A stretch of DNA of 64,000 bases from NCBI GenBank assembly GCA_021811535.1, contig JAJZOF010000016.1, positions 2,592 through 66,591 of the forward strand, given 5' to 3'. A program made the translations under genes and the position numbers. This stretch comes from Candidatus Micrarchaeota archaeon (lineage in GTDB: Archaea > Micrarchaeota > Micrarchaeia > Micrarchaeales > CABMGC01). Position 1 is the stretch's first letter, and each line of letters starts with the position of its first letter. Below the pieces are notes generated by a model, which was given only the letters and a program-made list of their open reading frames with translations, made no database searches and was not told the origin of the DNA. Shown here in pieces: positions 9,361 through 18,178 of this stretch.

Positions 9361-10143
9361 TCAGCGCGCCCTCTTGGCGATTCTCTCTACATCGACCTTC
9401 TTCTTTATTGCATAGCTGTCAGGGCTCTTTGTAGAAGCAAGTATAAGTTCGTTCGCAAGCGATTCGGAGAGTTTCCTCTTGTTCTTAAACGCGTTTATAA
9501 GTGCGGCAAGCGCCATATTCCTAAGTGCAACGTCAAGCCTCCTCCTTGAGCTTATGCCCACTGCAACATTGTAGGATATACCGCCGTATCTTACCCTTGT
9601 GGTATCCTCTATAGGTGCAGAGTTCTGGAGCGCATCGACAAGGACCTGCAGTGGATTGTTTCCGGTCTGCTTGTTTATTATATCGAAGGATTCCTCCAGG
9701 ACATGCATTACCTTTATTTTCTTGCCTTGGAGCCTGCCTTTTGTCCTTATTATCTTCCCGCCTACCTTCTTGCCTGTGCCGCCTCTCATAAGCTTGTTTG
9801 CAAGCCTCTCCACTATCGTTATGTGTGCGTTGTAGTATGCCCTGTCCTGGCGCCTGCCAAAGATATTTGGATATGATCTGTATCCAAATGATACGTATTC
9901 CGCGAGGCTCTGGTCCTCCACCTTCACTTCGGATGAATCATACTTTCCAAATATGAGTTGCCTTGATGTGCGATGTGCAGCCCTTGCAGACGGCGCCTCC
10001 GCTTCTCCTGATTTCTGAGACTGCTCCGTGCGCTTCCTGCGCTTCTGAACCTGCTTCTCATGCTGGCGCTGCTCCGCTTCCTGGGCAGCTGCATTTCCTG
10101 CGGATTCTTTGATACTAGTCTCAGTCTCAGCCATTATAATCAT
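9361..10143 (-). CDS. rps7: 30S ribosomal protein S7 with ~60-aa low-complexity N-terminal extension
   Basis: The C-terminal ~195 aa are S7-like (LIFGKYDSSEVKVEDQSLAEYV ... RVDVERIAKRAR). Conserved S12-S7-EF2 order. Confidence 0.9.
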   Translation of the reverse strand: MIIMAETETSIKESAGNAAAQEAEQRQHEKQVQKRRKRTEQSQKSGEAEAPSARAAHRTSRQLIFGKYDSSEVKVEDQSLAEYVSFGYRSYPNIFGRRQDRAYYNAHITIVERLANKLMRGGTGKKVGGKIIRTKGRLQGKKIKVMHVLEESFDIINKQTGNNPLQVLVDALQNSAPIEDTTRVRYGGISYNVAVGISSRRRLDVALRNMALAALINAFKNKRKLSESLANELILASTKSPDSYAIKKKVDVERIAKRAR

Positions 10144-10568
10144 CTCTTAGGCTTCTCCTTTCTGCCCTTTACTACTTCGAATACATCTGCTCCGTTAACT
10201 GCTATGACCCTGTACTTTAGGCCTGGTATGCTGCCCATCTGACCTCTCTGGGAACCTCCAAGGCCCTGTATCGTTACTTCATCGTGCTCTTCTATAAAGT
10301 TTATTGTTCCATCATAAGGCACATATGCACCGACTACCTTGCCATTCTTGATAAGCTGAACCCTTACGCACTTTATCAGACCGCTGTGCGGTTGCTTCTG
10401 CTGCAGCACGAATTTTTGCAGCACGAGAGCCTTCGCCATTGGAACGGTGCCAACAGGATCGTATTTTTGCTTGAGGTGAAAATGCTTTCTCTTCCACCAT
10501 TTATTTAGCATCCTGTGCTTTTTCCTCTTCCTTACGAGTTCTTTAGCTGCAAATTCACCTTTGGGCAA
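10140..10568 (-). CDS. rps12: 30S ribosomal protein S12
   Basis: KQPHSGLIKCVRVQLIKNGK ... IPGLKYRVI typical of archaeal S12. TTG start in the ORF track, so the start is uncertain. Confidence 0.9.
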   Translation of the reverse strand: MPKGEFAAKELVRKRKKHRMLNKWWKRKHFHLKQKYDPVGTVPMAKALVLQKFVLQQKQPHSGLIKCVRVQLIKNGKVVGAYVPYDGTINFIEEHDEVTIQGLGGSQRGQMGSIPGLKYRVIAVNGADVFEVVKGRKEKPKR

Positions 10569-10579
10569 TTCTTCACCAA

Positions 10580-10879
10580 TTAATACTCTTCATTCAATAT
10601 TCCTGAGTTTCCTGGACTTATTATCGCTATGCTGCTCACCGGATAGGGTTTACCACATAGGGTACCTAGATCCAGAGAGTTGCCATTGAATTTTATGAGC
10701 TTCACATTTGCTATGCTGACCATATGGTATATGTCGTTTATAAGCTCCTTCCTTGCTTTTGCCGCCACTACTACCGCCTGCGCTTTTGAGGCACTTATGG
10801 AGCGGATAACGTCCCTGTGACCGATGCCTACTTCGCCCGTATTTACAGCAAGCCTTATATCATTGTTAAAATCTGGCAT
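10580..10879 (-). CDS. rpl30e: 50S ribosomal protein L30e
   Basis: 99 aa. LAVNTGEVGIGHRDVIRSI ... SLDLGTLCGKPYPVSSIAI matches the L30e pattern. Located upstream of S12 as in the archaeal cluster. Confidence 0.8.
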   Translation of the reverse strand: MPDFNNDIRLAVNTGEVGIGHRDVIRSISASKAQAVVVAAKARKELINDIYHMVSIANVKLIKFNGNSLDLGTLCGKPYPVSSIAIISPGNSGILNEEY

Positions 10880-11090
10880 AGAAATCCACGAACAGAAGAT
10901 GAATTCTGAAGAATATAAAATATAACTAACATATTCTTGCGAAAGATATTTAAATATTGATATGTTTTTTACGCAGTATACGAATACTGAGGCAAGTATT
11001 TATAGGGAAGTTAACGTGCGTTGGCTGCTTTGCCCCACATATTCGCCATGTGTTCCTGTAAGTACCTGCCCGAGATAATGCTTCTCTGCA

Positions 11091-12152
11091 TTACAGGAAG
11101 GCTTTGCGCATGTTCCCGGCTATGGCCTGGTATGCTTCGCACGCGGTCCAGCTGCTTGGTTCACGACCTTCTGATATATCCCTGCGCACTTCCTCGGCTT
11201 CCTTATTATGCCACATATCCATAAGGTTGTAGCCTGCGTCCCTTATGTTGCCTATCTTCCTGCCCCACATTATCGATGGGTATACGTTGCCGTAGCTGTC
11301 CATGAAGAGCGATGCATCAAGGCTCCTGCTCTTTATAGGCTGCCTACCTGAGATAACATACTCATGCAGGTTTTTCAGGAAGCTTCTCTCGACGATGTCT
11401 ATTGCGCTTATTTTTCTTTTCCTGTTCCTTATCGCGCTCCTTATCTCTTCTGCCGCCCTCTCTTTCGGAGGGCGCAAGGACATGCCTGAATTCGAGTAGT
11501 ATATGTCCGATACCTGGCCGAGGTTAAGGTGAAAATCATTATAGCTTATCGATGGTATATCCTTCTTAACCTCTGAGTATGTTTTGTTAAATTCCCCAAG
11601 GTTGTAATTAGTCATGGTATATCCGAATACCGCGTAAAGATTCCGCCTTCTTTTCCTTATCTCTGATATTCTCTTGAACATCTCTATGGCCCTGGCGTAA
11701 TTGCCATTTACCCCGCGTATCTTATCGTGAAGTTCACGGTAACCGTCAAGGCTTACGGTTATGGAGAGCTTTGGTATGCCAAGATCAAGCATCTCCTCTA
11801 TCTTTGAGATTACAGAATCTGGATTGCAGAGTGAGTTTGTAGGCATGGTAAGGAGATATAGCCCTTTGGAATTCTTTTGGAATGCCTTGACTATATCGAC
11901 TATGTCGCTTCTGAGGAATGGCTCTCCCCCGGTAAGTTCTATCCATTTGAAGAAGTTATTTATGCGTGCGAATGCGTCTATCTCTTCGATTGTAAGCTCA
12001 TTTGAAGGCTTCATCTGCCATATATTGCATGTAAGGCATCTGGACTGGCACTTATATGTTATGCTGAAATTAAGCTTGTATGGGCGCTCGAGTTTTGTTA
12101 GATTAGATACCCCTGCAGTATATGCAAGACCCAGAAAGTTCAGTCTGCCCAT
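11091..12152 (-). CDS. Radical SAM domain protein
   Basis: CQSRCLTCNIW (CxxxCxxC), ELTGGEPFLRSD and SLDG motifs. ATG at 12152 (MGRLNF...) preferred; the upstream 65 codons of the ORF look non-coding. Confidence 0.75.
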   Translation of the reverse strand: MGRLNFLGLAYTAGVSNLTKLERPYKLNFSITYKCQSRCLTCNIWQMKPSNELTIEEIDAFARINNFFKWIELTGGEPFLRSDIVDIVKAFQKNSKGLYLLTMPTNSLCNPDSVISKIEEMLDLGIPKLSITVSLDGYRELHDKIRGVNGNYARAIEMFKRISEIRKRRRNLYAVFGYTMTNYNLGEFNKTYSEVKKDIPSISYNDFHLNLGQVSDIYYSNSGMSLRPPKERAAEEIRSAIRNRKRKISAIDIVERSFLKNLHEYVISGRQPIKSRSLDASLFMDSYGNVYPSIMWGRKIGNIRDAGYNLMDMWHNKEAEEVRRDISEGREPSSWTACEAYQAIAGNMRKAFL

Positions 12153-12406
12153 GGAAATTGCCTCCCTATCTAGATTGGTTGCTTTTGTGATATATAAACA
12201 TCCCTGTCCGTACGGCTTGGAGCAGTGCGAATGATATGATGACGGAGCGTATTTATGGAATCCTCTTTCGGCTGAAGATTGTGAGCTTCTAAAGTTTATT
12301 GCGTAGTTAATATTCATGCGTTTTGTTGTTGCCCGCTTTCGCCCCATATCTGGTGGGCGGGAGCGTGTCCGCTCAGGTTTATAAGATAAAATGCTATCTT
12401 ATCTTC

Positions 12407-13099
12407 ATGCGCAGGTACCCGCATACAAATGTTTCCGTTGTTATACCCACCCTTAACGAAGAGAAGAATATAGGCAGGGTAATGGATGAGGTATGGAGAT
12501 TCATAGGAAGACGCGGAAACGAGATAATAGTGGTTGATGGAAATTCTGAAGACGATACTGTTCGGGTGGCAAAGGCGCACGGTGCGAGAATCCTCATGGA
12601 CAACATAGGCAAGGGTTCTGCGCTTGCGAAGGGCCTCAAGGCCGCAAGGGGCGGAATAATAATTTCTATGGACGCGGATCTTTCGCATAAAGCAAAGGAG
12701 CTTCTGCTCATAATAGACAGCATCAGGATAGGATATGATGTATGCATGGGATCAAGGTTTATGGAGGGAGGAAAGTCGGAGGATATATCATTTGTCAGGA
12801 TGGTAGGAAACAAATTTTTTGTGCATTTGGTAAACTTCGCTTTCGGCGCCAATTACACAGATATGTGCTACGGTTACAGGGGCTTCAGCAGGAAGGCGCT
12901 TTCCAGATTGCACCTCAAGGAACCTGGATTTGGAATAGAAACCGAGATAAACATAAAGGCGAAGAAGGCGGGCCTCAAGGTGATAGAAGTGCCAAGCGTT
13001 GAGAAGAAGAGGGCGTATGGCACCGGAAAATTAAGGACCTTCAGCGACGGATATCAGATACTGATGACTATAATAAAGAACTGGATAGGTATCGCATAG
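12407..13099 (+). CDS. Family 2 glycosyltransferase (dolichyl-phosphate sugar synthase-like)
   Basis: VSVVIPTLNEEKNI, VVDGNSEDDT and SMDADLSH (DxD) motifs. ATG at 12407. Confidence 0.8.
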   Translation: MRRYPHTNVSVVIPTLNEEKNIGRVMDEVWRFIGRRGNEIIVVDGNSEDDTVRVAKAHGARILMDNIGKGSALAKGLKAARGGIIISMDADLSHKAKELLLIIDSIRIGYDVCMGSRFMEGGKSEDISFVRMVGNKFFVHLVNFAFGANYTDMCYGYRGFSRKALSRLHLKEPGFGIETEINIKAKKAGLKVIEVPSVEKKRAYGTGKLRTFSDGYQILMTIIKNWIGIA

Positions 13100-13105
13100 G
13101 CGGCA

Positions 13106-14635
13106 TTAGGACATTGTCTCGTTGAAGTCTATCGCGACGAGGTTGCGCGTTAGAGTTTCGTATATCGGGAGTATTGCAGGGGTAGGTATGTGTCCCATCC
13201 TCGCCTGGAAGGAGGTCCTTGCCTGCCACGTGCCGCTGTTTACTATTAGGGTGCCGTGATATTCGGAATAGCCGTTTTTATGGAGATGCCCCATATGAAG
13301 GATGTCAGGCACTTCGTCCATTACCAGGTTGTCCTCTTTTGTTGGGACGATGGGATTTCCGCCGTATATAGGCGAGAGGTGCCTTGCCCTTAATATCTCT
13401 TCCATCGCGCGTGCAGGTTCAGCATAGCTGCACCCCTTGACCGCCTGTATCACTGAATCCAGCGACGTGCCGTGGTAGGCCAGCACATTCAGGTTTTCTA
13501 TCCGCACATAGCCAGGATTTGGCAGTAGGTGGATGTTGCTGCCCTTTATCTTTGACGTGAACTCCGATGGCAGGCATGGCTGCGGTTCTGCGCGCTGGAC
13601 GGCGTCGTGATTCCCCGGAAGGACGAAGACCTCTACATATTCCGGTATTTCGGAGAGAAGCTCGAAAAGGAGGTCGTATTGCTTGTATATGTCCAGTATT
13701 GCAAGCTCCTTGTCCTGATTAGGGTATACGCCTATCCCATCTACGACATCCCCGCTTACTACGATGTACTTTACCTTTGAAGCGAGCTGTTTCCTGTAAT
13801 CGATATTTCCGTTGATCCATTCCAGGAATCTTCTGAATTGCTTCTCTAGGAAGAGCTTGCTGCCGACATGTATGTCTGAGAGGAAAGCTATCGCCAGGTC
13901 GTCCTTTGTTACCGGTCTGGTGCGGACAGGTATATCCGGCCATATTATTGACTTCGCTATTATGAAAGGCCCAGAGACTTTTCCGCTTATGCCTATCACT
14001 TCATCCGGAGCTATGCGTTCCGCTTCTGCGGATAGCCCAGCTGCCTTATCCTGTTTCCCGGCAGTATAGCTGCTCACTATCACCTTTGCATATCCTGTCT
14101 CGTCCTCTATCGTTATCATCTTGTTTCCGTTCTTTGTTGTAGAGACGCTGTACACCATCCCCACTATGGTCACCTCTCTTCCGTCGGCATACTGCTTCAC
14201 ATTCTCTATCTTTTTTACCCTGTTAGACATCGATCCGGCATGACCCTCGGATATAATGCGCTCCATCTTTGCAAGCCTGTCATTAAAATGCTCTGCAAAA
14301 TCGGCTACGGTGGCGCCGGTGGGCATATGCCTTGTCTTTCTTATGGTATAGGCGGGTTTGTAATCCATTGCGTATGGTTTGTAGTCAGGAGACGGCGTTA
14401 CTTCGACCTGTTTTGGAGCCTGCTGCTGCATGGACAGCCTTATCTCTGCGAGGGCGTCCCTGCCGAGCACATTTGGTTTCTGGGACTCTTTGTAGAAATC
14501 TAGTATATGGCCGACCAGTGATTCTATGTCTGCGTCTGCAACATCCTCCTCGCGTATGTCCGCACTCACTATCACCATTCCGCTTAGCCTCCTTGCAATT
14601 TCGGTAAGTGCGGATTCCCTAGTCTCGCTCATCAA
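13106..14635 (-). CDS. DNA polymerase D (PolII) small subunit DP1
   Basis: OB-fold-like middle region plus calcineurin-type phosphoesterase motifs (LSDIHVGS, VVSGDVVDG, LPGNHD, HGTS, GHLH). The size (509 aa) is typical. Confidence 0.85.
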   Translation of the reverse strand: MMSETRESALTEIARRLSGMVIVSADIREEDVADADIESLVGHILDFYKESQKPNVLGRDALAEIRLSMQQQAPKQVEVTPSPDYKPYAMDYKPAYTIRKTRHMPTGATVADFAEHFNDRLAKMERIISEGHAGSMSNRVKKIENVKQYADGREVTIVGMVYSVSTTKNGNKMITIEDETGYAKVIVSSYTAGKQDKAAGLSAEAERIAPDEVIGISGKVSGPFIIAKSIIWPDIPVRTRPVTKDDLAIAFLSDIHVGSKLFLEKQFRRFLEWINGNIDYRKQLASKVKYIVVSGDVVDGIGVYPNQDKELAILDIYKQYDLLFELLSEIPEYVEVFVLPGNHDAVQRAEPQPCLPSEFTSKIKGSNIHLLPNPGYVRIENLNVLAYHGTSLDSVIQAVKGCSYAEPARAMEEILRARHLSPIYGGNPIVPTKEDNLVMDEVPDILHMGHLHKNGYSEYHGTLIVNSGTWQARTSFQARMGHIPTPAILPIYETLTRNLVAIDFNETMS

Positions 14636-14651
14636 ACCAGCGCCTAGGGGT

Positions 14652-14921
14652 TTACTCTTTTATCGACTCGAGCATGCTGAGTATGTTCCAGATTATTGTC
14701 CTTGCGTATGGCGGCAGGTTTATATCGTTGCTTATCTCGTCTATCTTGTATGTTGCCGAAGAAGATCTGGTAGAATAAGCATCTTTCGTCTGATCCAGCG
14801 ACTTCTTGGCTTCATCCAGTGCATTCTTCACATTCCTAGGGACGCTGTTGTCATTTACCAAGAGGTCAATCTGCTGCTTTACCTTGCTTATCGTTTCGTC
14901 GAATTCTTTGTTGTTTTTTAT
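14652..14921 (-). CDS. UPF0147-family small protein, probable AUA start
   Basis: The pattern VPRNVKNALDEAKKSL ... DEISNDINLPPYARTIIWNILSMLESI is remembered as UPF0147. The frame is open up to 14963. AGGTGA SD lies 5 nt before an in-frame ATA at 14921-14919. The first canonical start (TTG at 14861) would truncate the first helix. Confidence 0.6.
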   Translation of the reverse strand: MKNNKEFDETISKVKQQIDLLVNDNSVPRNVKNALDEAKKSLDQTKDAYSTRSSSATYKIDEISNDINLPPYARTIIWNILSMLESIKE

Positions 14922-14938
14922 TGAATCACCTTGACGAT

Positions 14939-15027
14939 CGGGCCCGGCGGGATTTTCAACATTTTATTTGAACCCGCGACCATCAGCTTAGAAGGCTGCC
15001 GCTCTATCCAAGCTGAGCTACGGACCC
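14939..15027 (-). tRNA. tRNA-Arg (anticodon UCU) with 14-nt insertion (intron) in the T-loop
   Basis: Hand-folded cloverleaf: acceptor GGGUCCG/CGGGCCC, D-arm GCUC-AGCUUGGAUA-GAGC, anticodon arm GCAGC-CUUCUAA-GCUGA, T-stem GCGGG/CCCGC enclosing 21 nt (UUCAAAU plus 14 extra). No encoded CCA. Confidence 0.8.
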
Positions 15028-15050
15028 GTTCCATCACATATTGAACTGGC

Positions 15051-15812
15051 TCATATATAAAATAATTCCCTTAGGTTATCTATGACAGTATCGGCAAGTT
15101 CCTCTACATTGATCCCCTTAGCTTCGGATATGCTCTCGAATACCCTGATAACGTCGGACGGGGATTGGCCCACTACAGGTGAATCGGTCTCTACCGCGAT
15201 GTGCTTGGCAGATAGGGCTTTTGCCACACGCATCCTCTTTGCGCTCTTTACAGGCGGAAATGATATGATATGGCCTCTTGACGCAAGCGACACTGCGGTA
15301 TCTTCGTCCCCTTCGAAGAAATGGAACATTGCACGGACTGATTTGTATTCTTGAAGGATCTCAGCGACTCTTTCTATGGCGCCCCTTGAATGTATTACCA
15401 CAGGGATCCCGAGCTTCTCCGCAAGTTCCAGCTGTGATGAGAATATTGACTTTTGCAGGTTTTCCTCTATGCTGCTCTTTACGAGATCAAGCCCTATCTC
15501 GCCTATCCCTATTATCTTGCTGTTGGCCTTTATCTTTTCCTCTATTGCCTTGATTGAATCTTCTTTGCAGTTAGAGGAAGGATCAATACCTATAACCCCA
15601 AAGATGCTGTTTGCATCGCACATCTCTGCAATGGCGTTGTTGCTATTAGTATTTCCTCCTGCGCCGATTATGGTGCCTACGCTAGACTGGCGGGCCTCTG
15701 CAAGCACCTTTCCCGGATCTTTGAATATATCAGGATGGCAGTGGGCATCTGAGAATTTCGGCTGGAACTTCAATTCCATGGGTTTTTCCATATACTGCAC
15801 GGACTGCTCCAT
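15051..15812 (-). CDS. TatD-family metal-dependent hydrolase/DNase
   Basis: SDAHCHPD near the N-terminus, GEIGLD, VVIHSR, MFHFF and VETDSP motifs. The start may be an internal ATG at 15779. Confidence 0.8.
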   Translation of the reverse strand: MEQSVQYMEKPMELKFQPKFSDAHCHPDIFKDPGKVLAEARQSSVGTIIGAGGNTNSNNAIAEMCDANSIFGVIGIDPSSNCKEDSIKAIEEKIKANSKIIGIGEIGLDLVKSSIEENLQKSIFSSQLELAEKLGIPVVIHSRGAIERVAEILQEYKSVRAMFHFFEGDEDTAVSLASRGHIISFPPVKSAKRMRVAKALSAKHIAVETDSPVVGQSPSDVIRVFESISEAKGINVEELADTVIDNLRELFYI

Positions 15813-15923
15813 TCAATTGCCTTTTAGTATTTTGCAATTGCATTATTATTATTTCTAATTATAATATTGTTGCTTGTGCTTAAGGACCTGATGCGCATAG
15901 GAGTTATAATAGGAGGCGGTTAG

Positions 15924-17735
15924 TTGAGTATCCCTGATTTATTGAGATTCGAGAAGCCCAGGAAAGGGCAGGACAAGATGATCAGGGATATGCGCTCCGC
16001 CTTATCCCAGGCAAAGAGCATAATACTAAATGCACCTACAGGAATGGGAAAGACCGATGCATCGCTTGCGGCTTCAATTCCTGTCGCGATGGAGAAGGAC
16101 CTTACGGTGATTTTCCTTACCCCTAAGACCTCACAGCACAGGATAGTTGTGGATGCGCTTCAGGGCATAAACAGGAAATTTGGATACGGGATACAGTATG
16201 TCGATATGGTGGGTAAGAGAAACCTCTGCGTAAATGAGAAGGTAAACGGCATAGACAGTGATGCCTTTTATCTCGCATGCAATGAGGCAGTGAAGAAGGG
16301 AAAGTGCATTTTCTACAAAAGGGCCAGGGACAAGGCAAACATAACATCGGATATTGCAGCGTCTGCTTCTGGAGGGCACCTGGAAATGCTGAAGGCGTGC
16401 TCTGATAACGGCCTCTGCGCTTATGAAGTAAGCGCTGAGCTGGCAAAAAGCGCGCGGGTGATAATAGCGGACTATGCACACATACTTAATCCGTATACAC
16501 GTGCTGCGTTTATGAAAAGGATATCGCAAAACCTGGAAAAATGCATCGTGATATGGGACGAGGCGCATAATATAGTGGAGCATGCGTCAGCGTATCTGTC
16601 CATGAGCATAAGCATAAGGGGGATACGTTCAGCAGAAGAAGAGCTTGCACAGATAGGGAAGAGTATAGATCTGAGCTATCTGGAATTTGTCATTAACAAA
16701 GTTTCAGAGAAGATTCCTGAAGGCTCTTCGGAGTGCTTCATAAGCAAGGAGGATTTGCCGGAAGAGATAGTAAAGGGGGGCAAGGACCTTGCCGAGAGCC
16801 TTGAAGAGGCAGGGCTCGAGTATGTAAAGGAAGGCAGGGGTAAGAGGACAAGGCTGATGGGGATAGCAAGGTTCCTGAGAGCCATTGATATAGGCCAGTC
16901 TTCCGTAATGATAGCCTCCAGGCTGAGGGGCAATGTCACTCTATCGATAAATAATCTTTACCCTGACGAGTCGCTAGGCATACTAAGGCAATCGTATGCA
17001 AATGTGATGATGAGCGGCACCTTCCTGCCGCTCTCCATGCACAGGGAGATGCTTATGCTGGAAGATGCGGTCTCCTTTGATTACGCATCGCCATTCCCCA
17101 AGGAGAACAGGCTGTGTTTTGTTGATATGGATATCACGAGCAGGTTCAGCGAGAGGTCAGTGGAGAATTACAGGAAGACGGCAGAGGAGATATGCAGGAT
17201 AAAAAGGAGTGTGGATGGCAATGTTGCTGTCTTCTTTCCGAGTTTTGAATATATGAAGAATGTAAACAGATATCTTGAGGGCCAGAAGGTATATTTTCAG
17301 AGGAGAGAGATGCCCGGTATCGAACTTGAGAGGATGCTGAATAGCCTGAAGGGGGAGAGAGACGCATTGTTGTTTGCAGTCATGGGAGGCAGCCTTTCGG
17401 AAGGAGTTGATTACCCAAATAACATCATAAAATTCGTAGTGATAGTAGGCATACCGCTTCCAAAACCCACCCTGATACTTAATGCGAAAAAGGAGTATAT
17501 AGACAGGAGATTTGATGGTAAAGGGATGGAATACGTATATACCATTCCGGCAATAATAAGGGCGATGCAGGCTGCAGGAAGGGCTATAAGAAGCGAGAAG
17601 GACAGGGCGGTAATTCTACTTATGGACAAGCGTTACTCTTGGGGATCTTACAAGGCAGCGGTAAACAATTTTGTACAGGTATCGGAATCAAGGATGAGGC
17701 TGGAGGATCTCAGGGATTTCTTTGCCGGCAGGTAA
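15924..17735 (+). CDS. XPD/Rad3-family DNA helicase
   Basis: Walker A APTGMGKT, DEAH box (WDEAHN), four Cys in the Fe-S insertion (NLCVNE, LACNE, GKCIF, GLCAYE), C-terminal GRAIRS motif. Confidence 0.8.
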   Translation: MSIPDLLRFEKPRKGQDKMIRDMRSALSQAKSIILNAPTGMGKTDASLAASIPVAMEKDLTVIFLTPKTSQHRIVVDALQGINRKFGYGIQYVDMVGKRNLCVNEKVNGIDSDAFYLACNEAVKKGKCIFYKRARDKANITSDIAASASGGHLEMLKACSDNGLCAYEVSAELAKSARVIIADYAHILNPYTRAAFMKRISQNLEKCIVIWDEAHNIVEHASAYLSMSISIRGIRSAEEELAQIGKSIDLSYLEFVINKVSEKIPEGSSECFISKEDLPEEIVKGGKDLAESLEEAGLEYVKEGRGKRTRLMGIARFLRAIDIGQSSVMIASRLRGNVTLSINNLYPDESLGILRQSYANVMMSGTFLPLSMHREMLMLEDAVSFDYASPFPKENRLCFVDMDITSRFSERSVENYRKTAEEICRIKRSVDGNVAVFFPSFEYMKNVNRYLEGQKVYFQRREMPGIELERMLNSLKGERDALLFAVMGGSLSEGVDYPNNIIKFVVIVGIPLPKPTLILNAKKEYIDRRFDGKGMEYVYTIPAIIRAMQAAGRAIRSEKDRAVILLMDKRYSWGSYKAAVNNFVQVSESRMRLEDLRDFFAGR

Positions 17736-17815
17736 TACCCGTATATCTATGGGAACGGATAATCCGAATAGGTATAAAAGGTTTTACATGGAGAATATAA
17801 CCAAGTTATAATAGA

Positions 17816-18169
17816 TTGTTTGAAGTGTTGCTTATGGAGAGAATGGAGAGTTATGAGATTGCGGTTAAGCAGGTAATACCTGCGGCTAGGCTTTCCATAA
17901 TCAGATCGCTAAGTTCAAAGTACATGCTTAACGAGACGCAGATCTCAAGAATAATGGGCATATCGCAGGCAGCTGTGAGCAAGTACCTGTCAGGCAAGTA
18001 CTCAAATGGAGTAGTGCATATGGAAAAGAAGGTCGATCAGGCGCTGGTTGAGGAGTGCGCACGTGCTGTCGCAGGGATGGGAAGGAAAGGAGAAGGCACT
18101 GTCAATATGTACATATGCAGGATATGCAAGAACGTCAACGATTTCGGATGCAAATTTTCTCGCGCTTAG
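17816..18169 (+). CDS. HTH transcriptional regulator with C-terminal Cys cluster, upstream of the suf operon
   Basis: HTH-like segment NETQISRIMGISQAAVSKYLSGK. C-terminal cysteines (ECARAV, YICRICKN, FGCKF). Confidence 0.55.
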   Translation: MFEVLLMERMESYEIAVKQVIPAARLSIIRSLSSKYMLNETQISRIMGISQAAVSKYLSGKYSNGVVHMEKKVDQALVEECARAVAGMGRKGEGTVNMYICRICKNVNDFGCKFSRA

Positions 18170-18178
18170 GTGTTTTGA

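Noticed and set aside
12153-12347. N-terminal 65 codons of the 418-aa radical SAM ORF.
   Set aside because: The translation (MGRKRATTKRMNINYAINFRSSQSS...) is unlike radical SAM N-termini and overlaps the divergent GT2 upstream region. The ATG at 12152 (MGRLNF) gives a normal distance to the CxxxCxxC motif.
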